Shown: positions 39,951-54,663 of the stretch, one piece after another | Layout of the letters: each line of letters starts with the position of its first letter | How positions within the stretch are numbered: position 1 is the first letter of the stretch | Source of the DNA: Eledone cirrhosa | Lineage: Eukaryota | Assembly (NCBI GenBank): GCA_964016885.1 | Contig: OZ024740.1 | Location: 382,912,001 to 382,976,000, forward strand | Reading direction: 5' to 3' | DNA length: 64,000 nt | Position numbers and translations under genes: made by a program | The notes under the pieces: generated by a model | Database searches by the model: none | Seen by the model: the letters and a program-made list of their open reading frames with translations, nothing else | Told to the model about the DNA's origin: nothing

Positions 39951-40332
39951 AGCTGCACAAACTATCGATCATGTTATTTCGACAGCTACTCGCTCGTGTT
40001 ATGCATAATGCTTTGTGAACACGGGGTAACCTAACAGGAGTGTTAAGTAGGACAAAAAGTTCCAACATCGTCCGTCAACATTTCATAGTAATAAGTACCC
40101 ATAACAATGGGCTTTCATATGCGATATTTTGAGTTGAAAACCTGTGTAGCTGGAAACACCCATGAGACTAATGAACAAGCTTACTTCTGGGTGTATCGAA
40201 TAAAGAAGATAACCAGCAATTTTGGAGAATTAAGAAAATTCAGTAGAACATAGGATATGGCTGTAAGCAACTTATATGTGTTGGCCTTATTAACCCTCAT
40301 CAGTTGGAAAGATTACGAGAGACCTGCACATG

Positions 40333-40449
<117 letters not shown>

Positions 40450-41667
40450 AATGCATTAAAGCTGATTGTAATTATCAGTAGTCTGGCTGAGTGGCAAGTG
40501 TTTCTTAGGTGCGCGTTCTGCTTATTATATAAGAGGATGGCAGAGTTAAAATATGCTGCTCACCTATTCCCGTCTATGACTGTAAGTAACTGTTCTTTGT
40601 TTATATCACTAAAACTAGAATATCGAATTAGCTTACTTTTTATTACATACAAACTTACTGAACATTCTACAAATCGCAATGTCCTCTCGTATTACAAAGT
40701 AGAATCACTAAAATATAATTTCCTTACAAAACGACAACATAGTCGTCGTTAGGACACCTTTGACTGGTTTATTACATTGATACTATTCTAGACGAAAAAA
40801 GAGTTGAACTTATTTTTTAAAAGTTCCTTCTCTTTAAGAAACCAAAATACAAACTGTAAAATTCGCGATTTGTGTTTCGTTCACAGATACAAGTTGACAG
40901 ATACAAGTTGAAAAGTAAATTATTCTGAACACTAATTATAAACTTCCGCACAAACACTTTGCGAAATTCAATTTACATTAAGGCGGCCACACACGCCCAC
41001 AATTATACTATTTAATAATTTATTAATTTCCATAATTTGGCAATTTCCCCTTTCACATATACTAATAATACAATAATTGTAACAAAGTGATGAACTACTT
41101 CCTTGCACCTGCATAATAATAAAAGTAAATAATAACAGCAGTAACAGGGAATGATGTAAAGAAAATAAACTGAGCTACTTCTAACATTACTGGGGTTTTT
41201 TCTCACACATTTATTTATGTGCACGATCTTTCATTATTATTGAAACACAATTTTATGGAAATTATTTTCTCAGATTTTAATAATACAAACGGAATACATA
41301 CAAGTTTATATAAACTTTGAAACGGGATTAATATTTTCAAATAGCAAATATTGCGTGAGATTCTGATATTTGTAAATGAAATATCAAATGGTTTTTTGAA
41401 ACTGAAAAGAAAAAAGGGACATTTTAAATCTAATTATTGTTATTACTCCGTTAACATTGAAGAAATGTTTTGAGAAGTGTGCTATAATAAATGTAACGTA
41501 TTAAAAATCGTTATAACATCAGAGTACCTTGCATTCTTTGTTCCCTCTCTGTGTGCTGTGAGTTCAAATCACGAAGATAGCTTTGCCTTCATCATCCTTT
41601 CTAGTCAGAGACCTACAATCAATCTCTCTCTCTCTATATATATATATATACATATATATAACAACGG

Positions 41668-41851
41668 AATTGTGGTAAGGAACCAAATGGACCATAACAC
41701 ACCAGAGTACTCAATACTTAGGGTAGTAGAGTGGGAAATAGGAAAACGTATAATCCCGACGGCAGAGCTCAAGCCGTTTCGACGGCTATTTCTGGAGTCC
41801 AGAAATAGCCTTCGAAACGGCTTGAGCTCTGCCGTCGGAATCATACTTTTT

Positions 41852-41856
<5 letters not shown>
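41668..41856 (-). mobile_element. Fold-back repeat family P (palindrome 41738-41856)
   Basis: Homologous to 10181-10399; lies between (TA)n tracts. Confidence 0.75.
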
Positions 41857-41930
<74 letters not shown>

Positions 41931-41955
41931 ACAAATATATATATATATATAACAA

Positions 41956-41986
<31 letters not shown>

Positions 41987-42078
41987 ATATATATGTATAT
42001 ATATATATGTATATATATATGTATATATATATGTATATATGTATATATACATGTATATATACATGTATGTATACATAT

Positions 42079-42685
42079 GTCAGGTCACCAGTTGGTGCTA
42101 CTGGTAACATGTATCCCAGTACAACCTGTCTCATGGTCGGGTCGTTGGCGACTAAACTGGCAACCCCACCAAGGTTTCTTGGTGAGGAGGGTGACTTTGG
42201 ACATCCTGCAGGACTAAAAACAAAACTTGTCAAAGGGCAAAGGAGCTCTTAACAGTCAATGGCCATCCAAAATCACCGGGAGAGATGACCCCTTAGCCTT
42301 TGTCAAGGCAGAATTCTAGGAGAAGGAAAACTCTGATATAACCACTGCAACCCTGATGGTATCCAATGATGTTGACTTGTTCTTCTTTTTGGTAAATATC
42401 ATCTTGGTTAAGAGAGTGGGACTGGCTTTGTGCAGTGCCTTTGCTCACTATAAAAACTTCACGGCACAGGCATTGCTTTATATCTGGAGATCTCTCTGCA
42501 CTTGTCCTCACATGGTACCATGGGCCTAGCAATATGTGTCAATAATTGTCACAAGTGTAGTGTTTGTACCAGAGTTTTCAAGTCGCTGGCTGGACTAAAA
42601 AGTCACTCGTTGACGCTTCGGTAAGGGTTCTCCTACATGGATATAAAGTAGTGGCCGTACTCGAAAACGAGTTGGCAGACACCAT

Positions 42686-42686
<1 letters not shown>
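42079..42686 (+). mobile_element. Short internally deleted RTE-derived non-autonomous element, copy 1
   Basis: RTE-like 5'UTR motifs (gtcgttggcgactaaa; gaaggaaaactctga), terminal C2H2-like [17 protein letters not shown], 3' stem-loop actcgaaaacgagt, then (TA)n. Confidence 0.7.
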
Positions 42687-43203
<517 letters not shown>

Positions 43204-43547
43204 CGTGATACAGATAGAAGTATTCGAGAACTACGACATATTTCTAAAATTTACTTCACCACGTTCGATTCTTGCTTGTGCTGGACTACAGAGTATGTTT
43301 ATTATATAGAATTAGGATCTAATAAAACTTATAAATCGATAAGTTTTCACTTAATCAGATTGAAAACAAATATGTTTCTTACCAATTGAATGAAGATATT
43401 CTTAAGCATCAGATCAATAGCAGATTTTTCATACCGAGGTTTAGATGCAAAGAATATGAACACGAATATGAATTCAAATACGTATGATTATAAATTATTA
43501 AGGTGCTATTTTGTCTATAATTGAAAATATAACTATTTATTTCGTCA

Positions 43548-43760
43548 CTAATTAGTTTCTGATTTAGAAACAAGGCCAACATTTTTTTGTGGGCAGGGGA
43601 GTCGATTAAATCGACCCCAGTGCGATACTGGTCTTTTATTTTATCGACTCCGTAAGGATGAACAGAAAAGTTAACCCCGACGGGATTTAAACCCAGAACG
43701 TACGACAGCGTAATTCTATGCCGCAAAGCATGTAGTCCGGCGCTCTACTGATCCACCACA
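43548..43760 (-). mobile_element. tRNA-derived SINE
   Basis: gtcgattaaatcgaccccagt...ttttatcgactccgtaaggatgaac...gggatttaaacccagaacg; B-box-like sequence on the - strand. Confidence 0.8.
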
Positions 43761-43774
43761 CTTATTTCTTCATT

Positions 43775-43978
43775 AATAATGGTTTCTAATTTTGACACAA
43801 AGCCAACAATTTGAGAGGAGCGGTAAGTCGATTAAGTCGACCCCAGTACATTACCTGTGCTTTATTTTATCGATCCCGTAAGGCTGAAAGGCAAAGTTAA
43901 AATCGCTGCGATTCAAACTCAGAAAGTAAATTCTATGACACAAATCATGAAATCCGGCGCTCTACCGATCCACGGCTC
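43775..43978 (-). mobile_element. tRNA-derived SINE (second adjacent copy)
   Basis: Same family motifs. Confidence 0.78.
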
Positions 43979-46289
43979 TTATTTCTTCGTTCATAATGAA
44001 AGCATAACATATTTTCTCCGAATTTATATATGCATTTATTGATAGACGTTGATGAAATTCCACGCTATTTCGTTTACGCATGTTTTATGTATAATTAGAA
44101 TGACCATCATGAAAGAACTGAAGCAATTCAATTCCTCTAGTGATTGTCATTAGAGACTCATTGATGCAGAATATGATGGAATTATTGATGCAAACGAATT
44201 ACCTAAACAATCGTTTTAATTACTTAATGCTTATGTGAATCTTTAATATATAATTAGAATATCGATATCTACTGACATCATTACCTTACAAATAATGACC
44301 AAGAAGATATATTTAGCTACGCTATAATTTGTTGTAAATAACTTCCAGCGTTTCGTGTCATTTTTGTTTTTATATTGAGTTTTCCCAATTGAATTGACTA
44401 TATAAGTGAGTATATATCATGTTGACACATGACTGCGTGTTAATGGAAGAAAGTTATTATTCTATGTTCATGTATATTTCAACAGGTCTTGGTTTATAAA
44501 TGACTTAGAGAAGGAAACAGGGAGATGGCCTGGGCTCAAAGCAGCAAGGAATTTATCCATAGACTAACAACTAGCGTGATTGCTTGCAATAGGAAGAGAT
44601 AGTCCTATTTATTTGGATAACGGATTTTGTCTACCATTCCATAAATGAAATATCAATAATTTTCTTCAATCATGTTTTACACACTCCGTTTTAGTTGTAT
44701 TAAAGCTGTGGTAGAATCTGCCCAAGACATGCTGACTGAGATGTAATATGAATCTATAGGAAATTGCGAAGTGTCTTTCTTGAACATACATATGCTGAAT
44801 TAGTGCAATATCATTTCATATTTATATCTTTTTTTCAATTGATAATTTATTCATATACGTGGGCCTTATTTCGGCCTTCATTGAATTAATTTAAGATAAG
44901 TGAATAGACAAGGCATGAAAATGAACATTTGACGTTGCTAATTGAATATTTGCTCAAGCATATATTGAGTTTAGGTTAGTAGACGGAGGCAACAAGTTTT
45001 GATTTTTTTTTTTTAGATGGAAGAAAGTTTAAGCCAGTAAACGATAGCTATGCAGTTCAATCCCCTCTAGTGTGTGTATTTTTTATTTTTGGTTCAATTT
45101 ATTTTTTTTCTCCCTTCCACTTTGTCTTACACCCTTTTTATTTATTCATCTATCTTTCTACTTTTAGCTAAATAATTACTAAGTCGCATCTAAGTTTTTT
45201 AAAAACTATTTGGTGCCCCTCATGAAGAGTAAAGAATCTATTCATGTAGTTTATTTGAAAAATTACCCTATACTAATATACGGACGACTATTTCTGTCAT
45301 TGATATACAATTTCTCACATTGTGAGATTGCCAAAAATTAGTAGAGAATATTGATAATTGATTGATTTCCCCTAAGACATGACAACTACTTATTTTCCGA
45401 CTTCGGTAGGAATGGTTATAATTCATAATTAATCAATGTATAATTTTTCTCCAGTTTCACAAACAGACTAATTATACCGATGTTCAATTTTAACATTAGT
45501 TATAGGAAGCGAATTTTGTTAGAACTATATGTGTATTATAATATTTGGATATAACGAAAACTTTGGTTTAATGTAAGATACAGCTATCGTGATTAAGAAC
45601 AAGCTCACACTTATCCAGAATGGTATGATCAATGGCTTTCCACCTATGGGTATATTCATTTTTGTCGTATTTGTAGAATTACATGCTAAAATGTGTTAAA
45701 TTTAGTATCTAAAGGCGTTACGCAAAAGACCAGGGGATACTGAATTGTAGATTGTAAATTAATTCAAACCCGACGTCATGTTTTTTCGGCATGATTTCGG
45801 ATTTCTCTGAAAATGGCGTTCATAACGGGAAGATAAACAAAATTAAACATAAAGTATTTAGGTTTTATGTATTTTGCAATGAGATCTTATTCAACACAGA
45901 CAACAGTTGTTAGTAACAGAATTAAATAAGACCATGACAATATATATGATGCTTAAAGCCTAATCTTGCTTCAAGACTACATTCAGTGAGCCGCACATAG
46001 AAATTATCTTATTGCTTTCTCTACCCGAGAAAACGACATTTCCAATGACATCTGTACAAATCAGGGACGATAGCACTAACAAACAGGGGGAAGAGTAGGT
46101 TAAGATCGAGATAAGAAAATAAGTAAATAGATGTACGTGAACTACATTGATATTTTATAGGTTCTTTTTCTCACCTATTTCTCATCTATGTATAGGTGTG
46201 GATAAAAGCACACACACACTGATATCTATACCCCCACACACGCATATATGTATGTATATATATATATACATATATATACATAACAAAGA

Positions 46290-46482
46290 AAGTGTGGTAA
46301 GGAAACAGGTGGACCGTGACGCACCATAATACTCGATACTTAGGGTAGTAGAGTGGGTAATAGGAAAATAGTCACGACCCCCGACGGCTGAGCTCCGGCC
46401 GTTTCGACAGCTAGATCTGAACCTCAGATCTAGCTGTCAAAACGGCCGGAGCTTAGCCGTCGGGGTCGTGACTTTTCCCCTA
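46290..46482 (-). mobile_element. Fold-back repeat family P (palindrome 46361-46482)
   Basis: Homologous to 10181-10399 and 41668-41856. Confidence 0.75.
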
Positions 46483-46483
46483 C

Positions 46484-46541
<58 letters not shown>

Positions 46542-46542
46542 A

Positions 46543-46647
46543 TACATTATCGGAGAAAGCTTTTAGCGATACTCCGGCCAAATTCCAACTCACTCAACAA
46601 ACATTAGGAAATACGTGAGTATATTCTTAATTAAACGTTCGGGCTGA
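46543..46647 (-). mobile_element. 3' fragment of family E
   Basis: Matches 23975-24078. Confidence 0.75.
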
Positions 46648-46660
46648 TATATATATATAT

Positions 46661-46732
46661 TACTCCGTCACTCCTATGTGAAATAAGTACGTTGAGTGCT
46701 TGAATTGAATTGCATCAATGTTTACCCTAAGT
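46661..46732 (+). mobile_element. 3' fragment of family G
   Basis: Matches 36852-36923. Confidence 0.75.
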
Positions 46733-46929
46733 ATATATATATATATATATATAAATATAAAAGAGAACTTTTTTCGCTCTACATGGCTGAATACGATAAA
46801 TGTAATCTGAGTTTTTCGAATATTAATAACATTCGATTCGTTTGCAATTATGCAAACAGGCCTCAATTGTATAGCCATGCCAGTAGAATGAATCCTTCAT
46901 TCCTGCTCTTGTGTTGGTATGTGAGCAGA

Positions 46930-46976
46930 ACTTCAGACACTAATGTTTCTGGGTATAACCCTTCATCAGTACAGCT
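46930..46976 (-). ncRNA. Type I hammerhead ribozyme, family I
   Basis: GCUGUA CUGAUGA A GGGU UAU ACCC A GAAAC AUUAGU GUC UGAAGU. The inverted partner at 47191-47240 has GAAA mutated to UAAA. Confidence 0.75.
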
Positions 46977-47049
46977 TAGTGTTCACCTGCCAAACTGTCA
47001 GAGCTAGTGAAAATATATACTATTTTCAAAATTACACAGTGACTGATTG

Positions 47050-47145
47050 ACCTGATTTGCATATTAGCAGACTGCCTGATCAGTCAGATCTGCATATTAG
47101 CAGATCCACTGATCAGCCAGATTTGCATATCAGCAGACTGGCCAG
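47050..47145. promoter_or_regulatory. Three 33-bp repeats, each with an octamer(-like) ATTTGCAT site
   Basis: ATTTGCAT at 47055 and 47121, ATCTGCAT at 47088; function inferred only. Confidence 0.45.
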
Positions 47146-47372
47146 TCATTTTCCTGTATACGAGCGATAAATGGCCGACAGGAGAACAGTGAGCTGTGCT
47201 GATGAAGGGTGATACCCATAAATATTAGTGTCTGGAGTTCTGTTCACATGCCAACACAAGAGCAAGATTGAAGGGTTCATTCTACTGACATGGCTATACA
47301 ATTGACGCTTGTTTGCATAATTGCAAACGAATCATATGTTAATATTCGAAAAACTCAGATTACATTTATATA

Positions 47373-47462
<90 letters not shown>

Positions 47463-47511
47463 TAACAGATTAAAGTTTAAGCAAAGAATCAGTGCTTAAA
47501 TTTATTATTAT

Positions 47512-47555
<44 letters not shown>

Positions 47556-47980
47556 CTCTATATTACTCTACACAGAAACACGTACATTTGTGTGCGTGCG
47601 TGTGTTCAAACGGGTGTGTGTGTATACGTAAGCATTATTAGTAAATGTAGAACATCTCGAATTCACCAAATTACTGTGAAGTTGGTCGCTTTAAATAATA
47701 GCTTAAGAAATCGGGTAAATTACGCATGTCGAGATATCAACCTGCCAGATGTAATATTTCAGTTACAAATGCTATAGATAAAGGCTGATTAATTGCCGTC
47801 AAGACTGGTTCAGCTTAATGTTACGGAGCACACTCTCGGACTTTGAAAGGAAAAGATCTTGATATTCTGTAGCCGCTGCTGGCCTGTATATTCTTTAAAT
47901 AAGGGTATTTGCCCAGTATTCTTAGTTATTATTTCCTCCTGGGAATTTATCATTCATCTCTCCCCCTCTCTCTCTCTATT

Positions 47981-48025
<45 letters not shown>

Positions 48026-48029
48026 ATAT

Positions 48030-48605
48030 ATGTATCCCAGTACAACCTGTCTCATGGTCGGGTCGTTGGCGACTAAACTGGCAACCCCACCAAGGTTTCT
48101 TGGTGAGGAGGGTGACTTTGGACATCCTGCAGGACTAAAAACAAAACCTGTCAAAGGGCAAAGGAGCTCTTAAGAGTCAATGGCCATCCAAAATCACCGG
48201 GAGAGATGACCCCTTAGCCTTTGTCAAGGCAGAATTCTAGGAGAAGGAAAACTCTGATATAACACCTGCAACCCTGATGGTATCCAATGATGTTGACTTG
48301 TTCTTCTTTTTGGTAAATATCATCTTGGTTAAGAGAGTGGGACTGGCTTTGTGCAGTGCCTTTGCTCACTATAAAAGCTTCACGGCACAGGCATTGCTTT
48401 ATATCTGGAGATCTCTCTGCACTTGTCGTCACATGGTACCATGGGCCCAACACTATGTGTCAATAATTGTCACAAGTGTAGTCTTTGTACCAGAGTTTTC
48501 AAGTCGCTGGCTGGACTAAAAAGTCACTCGTTCAGCGCATCAGTAGGGGTTCTCCTACATGGATATAAAGTAGTGGCCGTACTCGAAAACGAGTTGGCAG
48601 CCACC

Positions 48606-48607
<2 letters not shown>
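48030..48607 (+). mobile_element. Short RTE-derived non-autonomous element, copy 2
   Basis: Near-identical to 42110-42686; flanked by microsatellites. Confidence 0.75.
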
Positions 48608-48651
<44 letters not shown>

Positions 48652-48674
48652 ATATATGTATATTTATATATATG

Positions 48675-48705
<31 letters not shown>

Positions 48706-48722
48706 GTACATTTATATATATG

Positions 48723-48767
<45 letters not shown>

Positions 48768-48882
48768 GTATTATATATATATATATTATATATATATTAT
48801 ATATATATATATTATATATATATTATATGTATATATATATATATTATTATATATATATTATATATATATATAATATATATAT

Positions 48883-48914
<32 letters not shown>

Positions 48915-48941
48915 ATATTATATATATATTATATATATATA

Positions 48942-49013
<72 letters not shown>
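48608..49013. repeat. (TA)n/(TTA) compound microsatellite
   Basis: Direct reading. Confidence 0.97.
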
Positions 49014-49015
<2 letters not shown>

Positions 49016-49135
49016 CGGCCAGTATTGACCCAGGCCATATCTAAATTAATACCACAATCCGAAGTCTTTCAAATCAGGATTTGGACACCATGGCCCTCTC
49101 AAGTAGACAGTTATTATTTACGTAGACATATCCGG
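49013..49135. repeat. Dispersed repeat fragment, also at ~54880-54978
   Basis: Shared ggccat.tctaa...gtctttcaaatcag.atttg.acaccatggccc.ctcaa; both copies directly follow (TA)n. Confidence 0.7.
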
Positions 49136-50009
49136 AAGTTTGTTCGCGATTTCTTGCAGGAATGTGTATGTATGTATGGATAAATGGATGGATGAATGTA
49201 TCTCTGTGTTTTATGTGTATCCGTATGTAGTATGCCTTATGTATACTTAGTTGTACATGCGTGTCTTTGTATGATTTTCCATGTGCATGTCTTTCTTGTG
49301 AACGCATGCAGCATACTTCGTTTTGTTTTACCATTCATATTTATAATGAATGCGCATTAAAATGCGAACATATTTTCGCTGATATAAAGGAATAGAGGTG
49401 GGGGAAATGAAAGCTATTACTGAGAGCATTGAAAGAAAGAGAAATAAAGTCAATCGAAGTAAAACGGAGTTGATAGGTATGTCATTGGAAATATAGATTG
49501 AAGTAGAGAAAGCGGCTGATATATAATTCTAGCAAAGATGTGTAACAGGTGAAGGAGGATATGATAAAATGGGAATGATACTGAATGGGAGTAAATGGTA
49601 GAAAATGTGTAGATGTATATATGAAACAAGATTGAATTAGTGTTTGTAGCGAATAAAATAAAGCACTGATAGAGACAAATACACAAACGGAGAGATTGAT
49701 ATAGAGATGTGCAATTAGACTTTGGGAGAGAGGAATAGTATTCAAACATGTTATATAGAAAAGTATATACTATTTTTTTCGTGTGCAGAAATGGATATCT
49801 CGTACGTTCTCTTTGGAACAGCGTGATTACGGCTTCCGTACCTTCAACTAATGTTTTACTGTAAGACCGAGTTATAAAATACATTATGAGTAAAAATTGC
49901 TCAACTAAAATTGTGAGGAAGCCAGACATAAATATATATATATATATACACATATATGTGTGTGTATATATATATATATATAAATATATATATACATAAT
50001 ACCCCCCCC

Positions 50010-50046
<37 letters not shown>

Positions 50047-50339
50047 TATATTGTTGGTGCACTGAAAACTTATAGGCTAATATTGATCATTTACTATCAC
50101 AACCGCTATCTCAGTGTATTTCCCCCAGAAACACCACAGTGTGCTTCACTTTCATTTTCAGCATGACCAATGTAACTCTAATGGAATTTGTCTTCTCGAT
50201 GCTATGCTGAATTATAGTTTCAAAAAAGTGTTTTGAATTTTACCTTGATTTTGTCCGTTGCCTTGTCTTCTCTTTGTTAATTTTCTCAAGTTTATATATA
50301 TATATATATGTATGAATCATTACGTATAGTCAACCTCGA

Positions 50340-50592
50340 TGTAATATTAGGGAGAGCACTCGACGTAATGCAACTCACCCGTCTTCGTTTGTGTTGTTGG
50401 TGGTGCGAGTTCGGAGTTAATTATTATAAAATAACAGGATGCCGGACTGGTATAATTCGTTAAAGGTTTATTATACTATGAACATTTCAATGACAGGGTT
50501 CAGTATGAATCTGGTGACATCATCAGGTATTTGAAATGTTCATAGTATAATAAAACTTTAAGGAATCACACCAGTCCAGTCTTCTGTTATTT
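50340..50592. mobile_element. HHR module family F variant, inverted pair (~50428-50490 / 50531-50592)
   Basis: The inversion junction lies a few bases upstream of the HHR core, and the second arm starts at ttGAAA. Confidence 0.78.
50473..50530 (-). ncRNA. Type I minimal hammerhead ribozyme, family F variant
   Basis: AUAC CUGAUGA UGUCACCAGAUUCA UAC UGAACCCUGUCAUU GAAA UGUUCA UA GUAU. Confidence 0.75.
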
Positions 50593-50597
50593 TCTTT

Positions 50598-50655
<58 letters not shown>

Positions 50656-50667
50656 CATACATACATA

Positions 50668-50697
<30 letters not shown>

Positions 50698-50698
<1 letters not shown>

Positions 50699-51629
50699 CT
50701 ATATATAAACTGTGGTTGTCTGTCTGTCTATCGATTTTTGGCACACATCTCCTCTTAGAATCTCTCACAAAATTGCTATACTTGTACATTGAGCCCTAGC
50801 GAAAACATCGGAAAAAAATATTTCAAATTGACCCACCCTATGTGACGAAATCGAATATAATGTATCGATTTTTGAGCGTAAGTTATCAGTTATTTCCCTT
50901 TGTTCTGCTTACATTGAGCGTCTTACGTAAAAAATTACTCTGGCTTTCTCAGCGTTTAAAATGACATTAAGACAATACACGAACAGTTGTCGAGCCAGCA
51001 AAATATTGACCTGCAAAATTCATCAGTTCGAACACTAAGCTTCCGTTTTGCTTCATTTCCATTTAAAAGCATTTTAAAACAATATTTTTACTTGAAAACA
51101 AGTCTATTTAAAGACTACGTAAAACAAGCAAATATTTCGTCGTTAGGCGTGCAGACAGACAGTCGTGCAGACAGACAGTCGTGCAGAGAGGTGATATACG
51201 CGTGCAGACAGATAGTCGTGCAGAGAGGTGATATAGGCGTGCAGACATACAGTCGTGCAGAGAGGTGATATAGGCGTGCAGACAGACAGTCGTGCAGAGA
51301 GGTGATATAGGCGTGCAGGCAGACATAACTGATAATTTGGTTACGCTAATGTTTTTCTCTGCGTTGCAGTGTTTACATTTTCGATCTTTGTTAATAAATA
51401 ACCAGTGCAGTTTCTATCCCCAGCATCCTCTTTTGTTATAACATTCGGGTTATCGTTATGTTTTCTTAACTTCATAAGGCATATTGTTGGTTGAGGGAAT
51501 ATTAATCAGAAACACCACATGCAAGTCTGCACAGTAGACACTACAGTTTTTAAGCCAAGAAAGAAACTTAACATTGTAACTTTAACACAGCTACTGAGCG
51601 ACCCCGAGCAACGCCGGGCTTTACTGCTA

Positions 51630-51630
<1 letters not shown>
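50698..51630 (+). mobile_element. Non-autonomous Helitron
   Basis: 5' A|TCTATATATAAA start, GTCT repeats, 3' hairpin CCCGAGCAACGCCGGG and CTAG|T end. Confidence 0.85.
51146..51323. repeat. 37-bp minisatellite inside the Helitron (~4.5 copies)
   Basis: gcgtgcagacagacagtcgtgcagagaggtgatatag. Confidence 0.9.
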
Positions 51631-51688
<58 letters not shown>

Positions 51689-51714
51689 TTTTTAGAATAT
51701 TAATAATTGTTTAT

Positions 51715-51885
51715 ATTATAGCACAAGGCCAGCAATTATATCAGTGTATTACTGGTATTTCATTTTATCGACCCCGTAAGGGTAAAAGGCAAAGTTAACC
51801 ACGGCGGGATTTGAACTCATACCATAAAGGGCCGTAACACTTTGCTGCAAAGAATGGCGTCAGACCCTCGACCCATACTGCCAAA
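51715..51885 (-). mobile_element. tRNA-derived SINE
   Basis: ttttatcgaccccgtaagggtaaaaggcaaagttaaccacggcgggatttgaactca. Confidence 0.8.
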
Positions 51886-52220
51886 ATAATATTCGATTCG
51901 TTTTGCAATTATGCAGACGGGCTATTTAAGCCATGTCAGTAGAATGACCCCGCCATTCTTACACTTGTATTGGTATATAAACAGAAAGACAGGCTCTAAT
52001 GTTTCTGGGTGATTACCGTTCGTCGGTACCGTATACTGCTTACCGGCCAACTGTCAAAGCTAGTGAAAATATATATTTTGACAGAGTGACAGATCGGCCT
52101 TATTTACATTTAAGCCCACTGCCTGGTCAGTCAGATCTGCATATTAGCAAACCCACGGATCAGCCAGATTTGCATATAAGCCAGTCAGTTTTATGTATAT
52201 GAGCGATTAATGACCGGCTT
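51886..52220 (-). mobile_element. Diverged copy of HHR module family I (degenerate ribozyme, CCGACGA core)
   Basis: Aligns to 46825-47178, including the octamer repeats. Confidence 0.75.
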
Positions 52221-52329
52221 TGCCAAACTGAAATAACAAACAAATAGTTTTATCGCTCTACAGACCCAGGGAAAGATCACCCTATAGTACGCAACGGGAA
52301 GCCCACATTAGCCACACGGGGGTCGACCA

Positions 52330-52700
52330 CCGCCAGCAAATGCAGAACCCCCATATTATTCCCCCTTAGTAATGAATGCCTCACGAAGAACTTAGTATAC
52401 GGATGTAGAGTAAAAACCCCCAACTCTGAGCACCTTTACATAGGAGCCACATCAACGAGCTTCAAAGACAGATGGTATAACCATCGCCATTCCTTTAATA
52501 GGGAGGAAAAAAGGAAACATACGGCTCTTTCCGAACTGATCTGGAAGCTGAAGCTGGACAAGACCCGTACTGACTGGTCTGGTCCAAAATCAGGAAAGTA
52601 CCACCTGATAGAGGGAGATCTGGTATCTGAAACCTATGTCTGAGCGAGACCCTCGAGATACCCAGTGGTGGCCGTAGCCTAATCAAACTCAACGCCGGAC
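52330..52700 (+). pseudogene. Degenerate PLE GIY-YIG endonuclease fragment
   Basis: PLSNECLTKNLVYGCRV...LYIGATSTSFKDRWYNHRHSF...HTALSELIWKLK...NLCLSE. Confidence 0.85.
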
Positions 52701-53969
52701 CTTCCTCAAGCTATATGGATAATAACAACACATTGGGAGAGGAACTTCCCTCAAGCTATAGCGACAGTAGCCCCGCCAAAACGAGCCCAAGGTAAATCAC
52801 CCCCTACATACTCCCCACCCCTACTCCCGCCTCGATCGACTCCTATAGCAACACACCTACCTAGCAGCTAAAACCATGCCTCACACCGCTGTGGTCAACA
52901 CGTCTCTCTCACTTGCTTAACCAGAACTCAAGTTAGCTGACACTAGATAATATAAATAGACTAAGAACGTCGGTGGAGTCCTATCCACTGTGCAGACAGG
53001 AACCCCAAGATCCGACCAATGGGCCCCAACGCCCAAACCTGGCCTGTGACCAGAACACCTGGAGGATATCCTGCCTCGAACCCGACCTCCCTCGCACGCA
53101 TGAGTCAGGAATAAATACCACAAGTAAAAATGACGCGCCGATTACTACCACTTACCCCTCTCCCCACCTCCAAGGGGAACTTTGACACTGTGTCCGTGTC
53201 GGTGTATCCACATGTGAGCGTATATGGAGCTCTCTGTATGTGTACAAGTATGAGTGTGTGTGACTGTTATGGCGTAATATGGGAATGCGCCTGAGCCTGT
53301 GTTTGTGCGTGTGTGCTTGCCGTGGTGTGCGTTAATATACAGGCATATGTACTTTATGCCGAAATAAGAATTGTAGTCCTTTGCACTTCTGGATTTTGAC
53401 AGAGGTTTTTGGTATTTTACACTCCACTTTTGCCTCATTTGTTTTTAAAACGCTCCACTCTATGATAAAATAAGAATTGTAATTCTTTACACTTTTTTAT
53501 TCCGACACACATATTTTCTATTTCAGTTTATAATTTTCAAAATTGTTTATATTGGTTGTAGCATTTTTTATTTGTTTGGCACCCCCCACCACGTGAAATA
53601 GCGTCAGGATAGATGCCAGCCTACACACATAAATTCTTCAGACCATAGCAGCAGCATACTGAATATGACACCTTAATACCACTACCAACACAATGGATTA
53701 GGTCAGCTGTACTTAAACATTCTGACAAAAACAACTATAAGGGCTGACTTGCCCCAGAAGAATTTCTATAGACTTTTGGCTGAGGAATGTTCTCACAGCT
53801 GACCAATGGGATACGAGCGTGTTCTATGACGCTGACGTTTGTTTTAGCACATATGATTCCAGTTCCTCGGAGGAATAAGAACACACCCAGCATCTGGACA
53901 TATCGATGTATTGACGGAGTAAAACACACTTCAACAACATGTGTACCTGTCTTTTCAACACCAATTCGG

Positions 53970-54019
53970 ACTGACTGAAGAGGTCACAGCCAATGATGTC
54001 TGACACCGAAATATATATA
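53970..54019 (+). ncRNA. Hammerhead ribozyme, family A, diverged copy
   Basis: CUGAAGA GGUCACAGCCAAUGAUGUCUGACACC GAAA UAUAUAUA; 53920-54019 matches 7804-7901; stem I 3' strand degenerate. Confidence 0.6.
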
Positions 54020-54663
54020 CATTAAAAACATATAAGTAATCTTATTAACTCAATTAATTTAATTTAACTTAATTTAATTACTTAACTAAATATAAACTAG
54101 TATCACTCATAATTTATCATCTATAACATGATATACCCATCTATCCACTCATATATCTATCCTTATATCTATCCTTATATCTATATTTTCTCCTATGCTT
54201 CTACTTTATATATACTTATTTTAAATCTATTTTTACTATATTTTAATATATCTTTATATTTATTTTTTCTATATATCTAATTTTCTATATACTTATAATA
54301 GTAAATAAATATTTATTATAATAGAATTCTAACAATTATTAGTAAATATACGTAACATAAAGAAGTAACATAAACATAAGACTTATTTACGTTATATGAA
54401 CTCATCCTCGGATAAGCTTATTTCTTCTCTCTTTATTCACTCTATTTCTACATATATCCCTTAATAGTAATATTTTACTTTTCTCTCTCTTCTTCCCACA
54501 GCGTAATTTTAATAAACGATTGATTTTTCAATGTTTCGGACCTTCATTTGCATATTCACACATAACTTTGAATTACCCTTAATATATTTTCACTATCCAG
54601 CGAATTTTAAACCGTCAAGGTTGTTTTCCATGGTTATGTCACTATTTATAAAACAAATGCTGT

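Larger units (their letters stand above)
46760..47369. mobile_element. HHR module family I, inverted pair (arms ~46796-46992 and ~47177-47369) with internal 33-bp repeats
   Basis: Inverted repeat between (TA)n tracts; a third copy lies at 51886-52220. Confidence 0.85.

Noticed and set aside
44486-44567. Possible host exon (ttcaacag|...SWFINDLEKETGRWPGLKAARNLSID*) and similar splice-like sites at ~9027, ~30708 and ~34119
   Set aside because: No recognisable protein similarity or coherent exon chain; needs RNA-seq.
51146-51323. 37-bp repeats as a CRISPR array
   Set aside because: No unique spacers; a tandem minisatellite in a Helitron, in a eukaryotic context.
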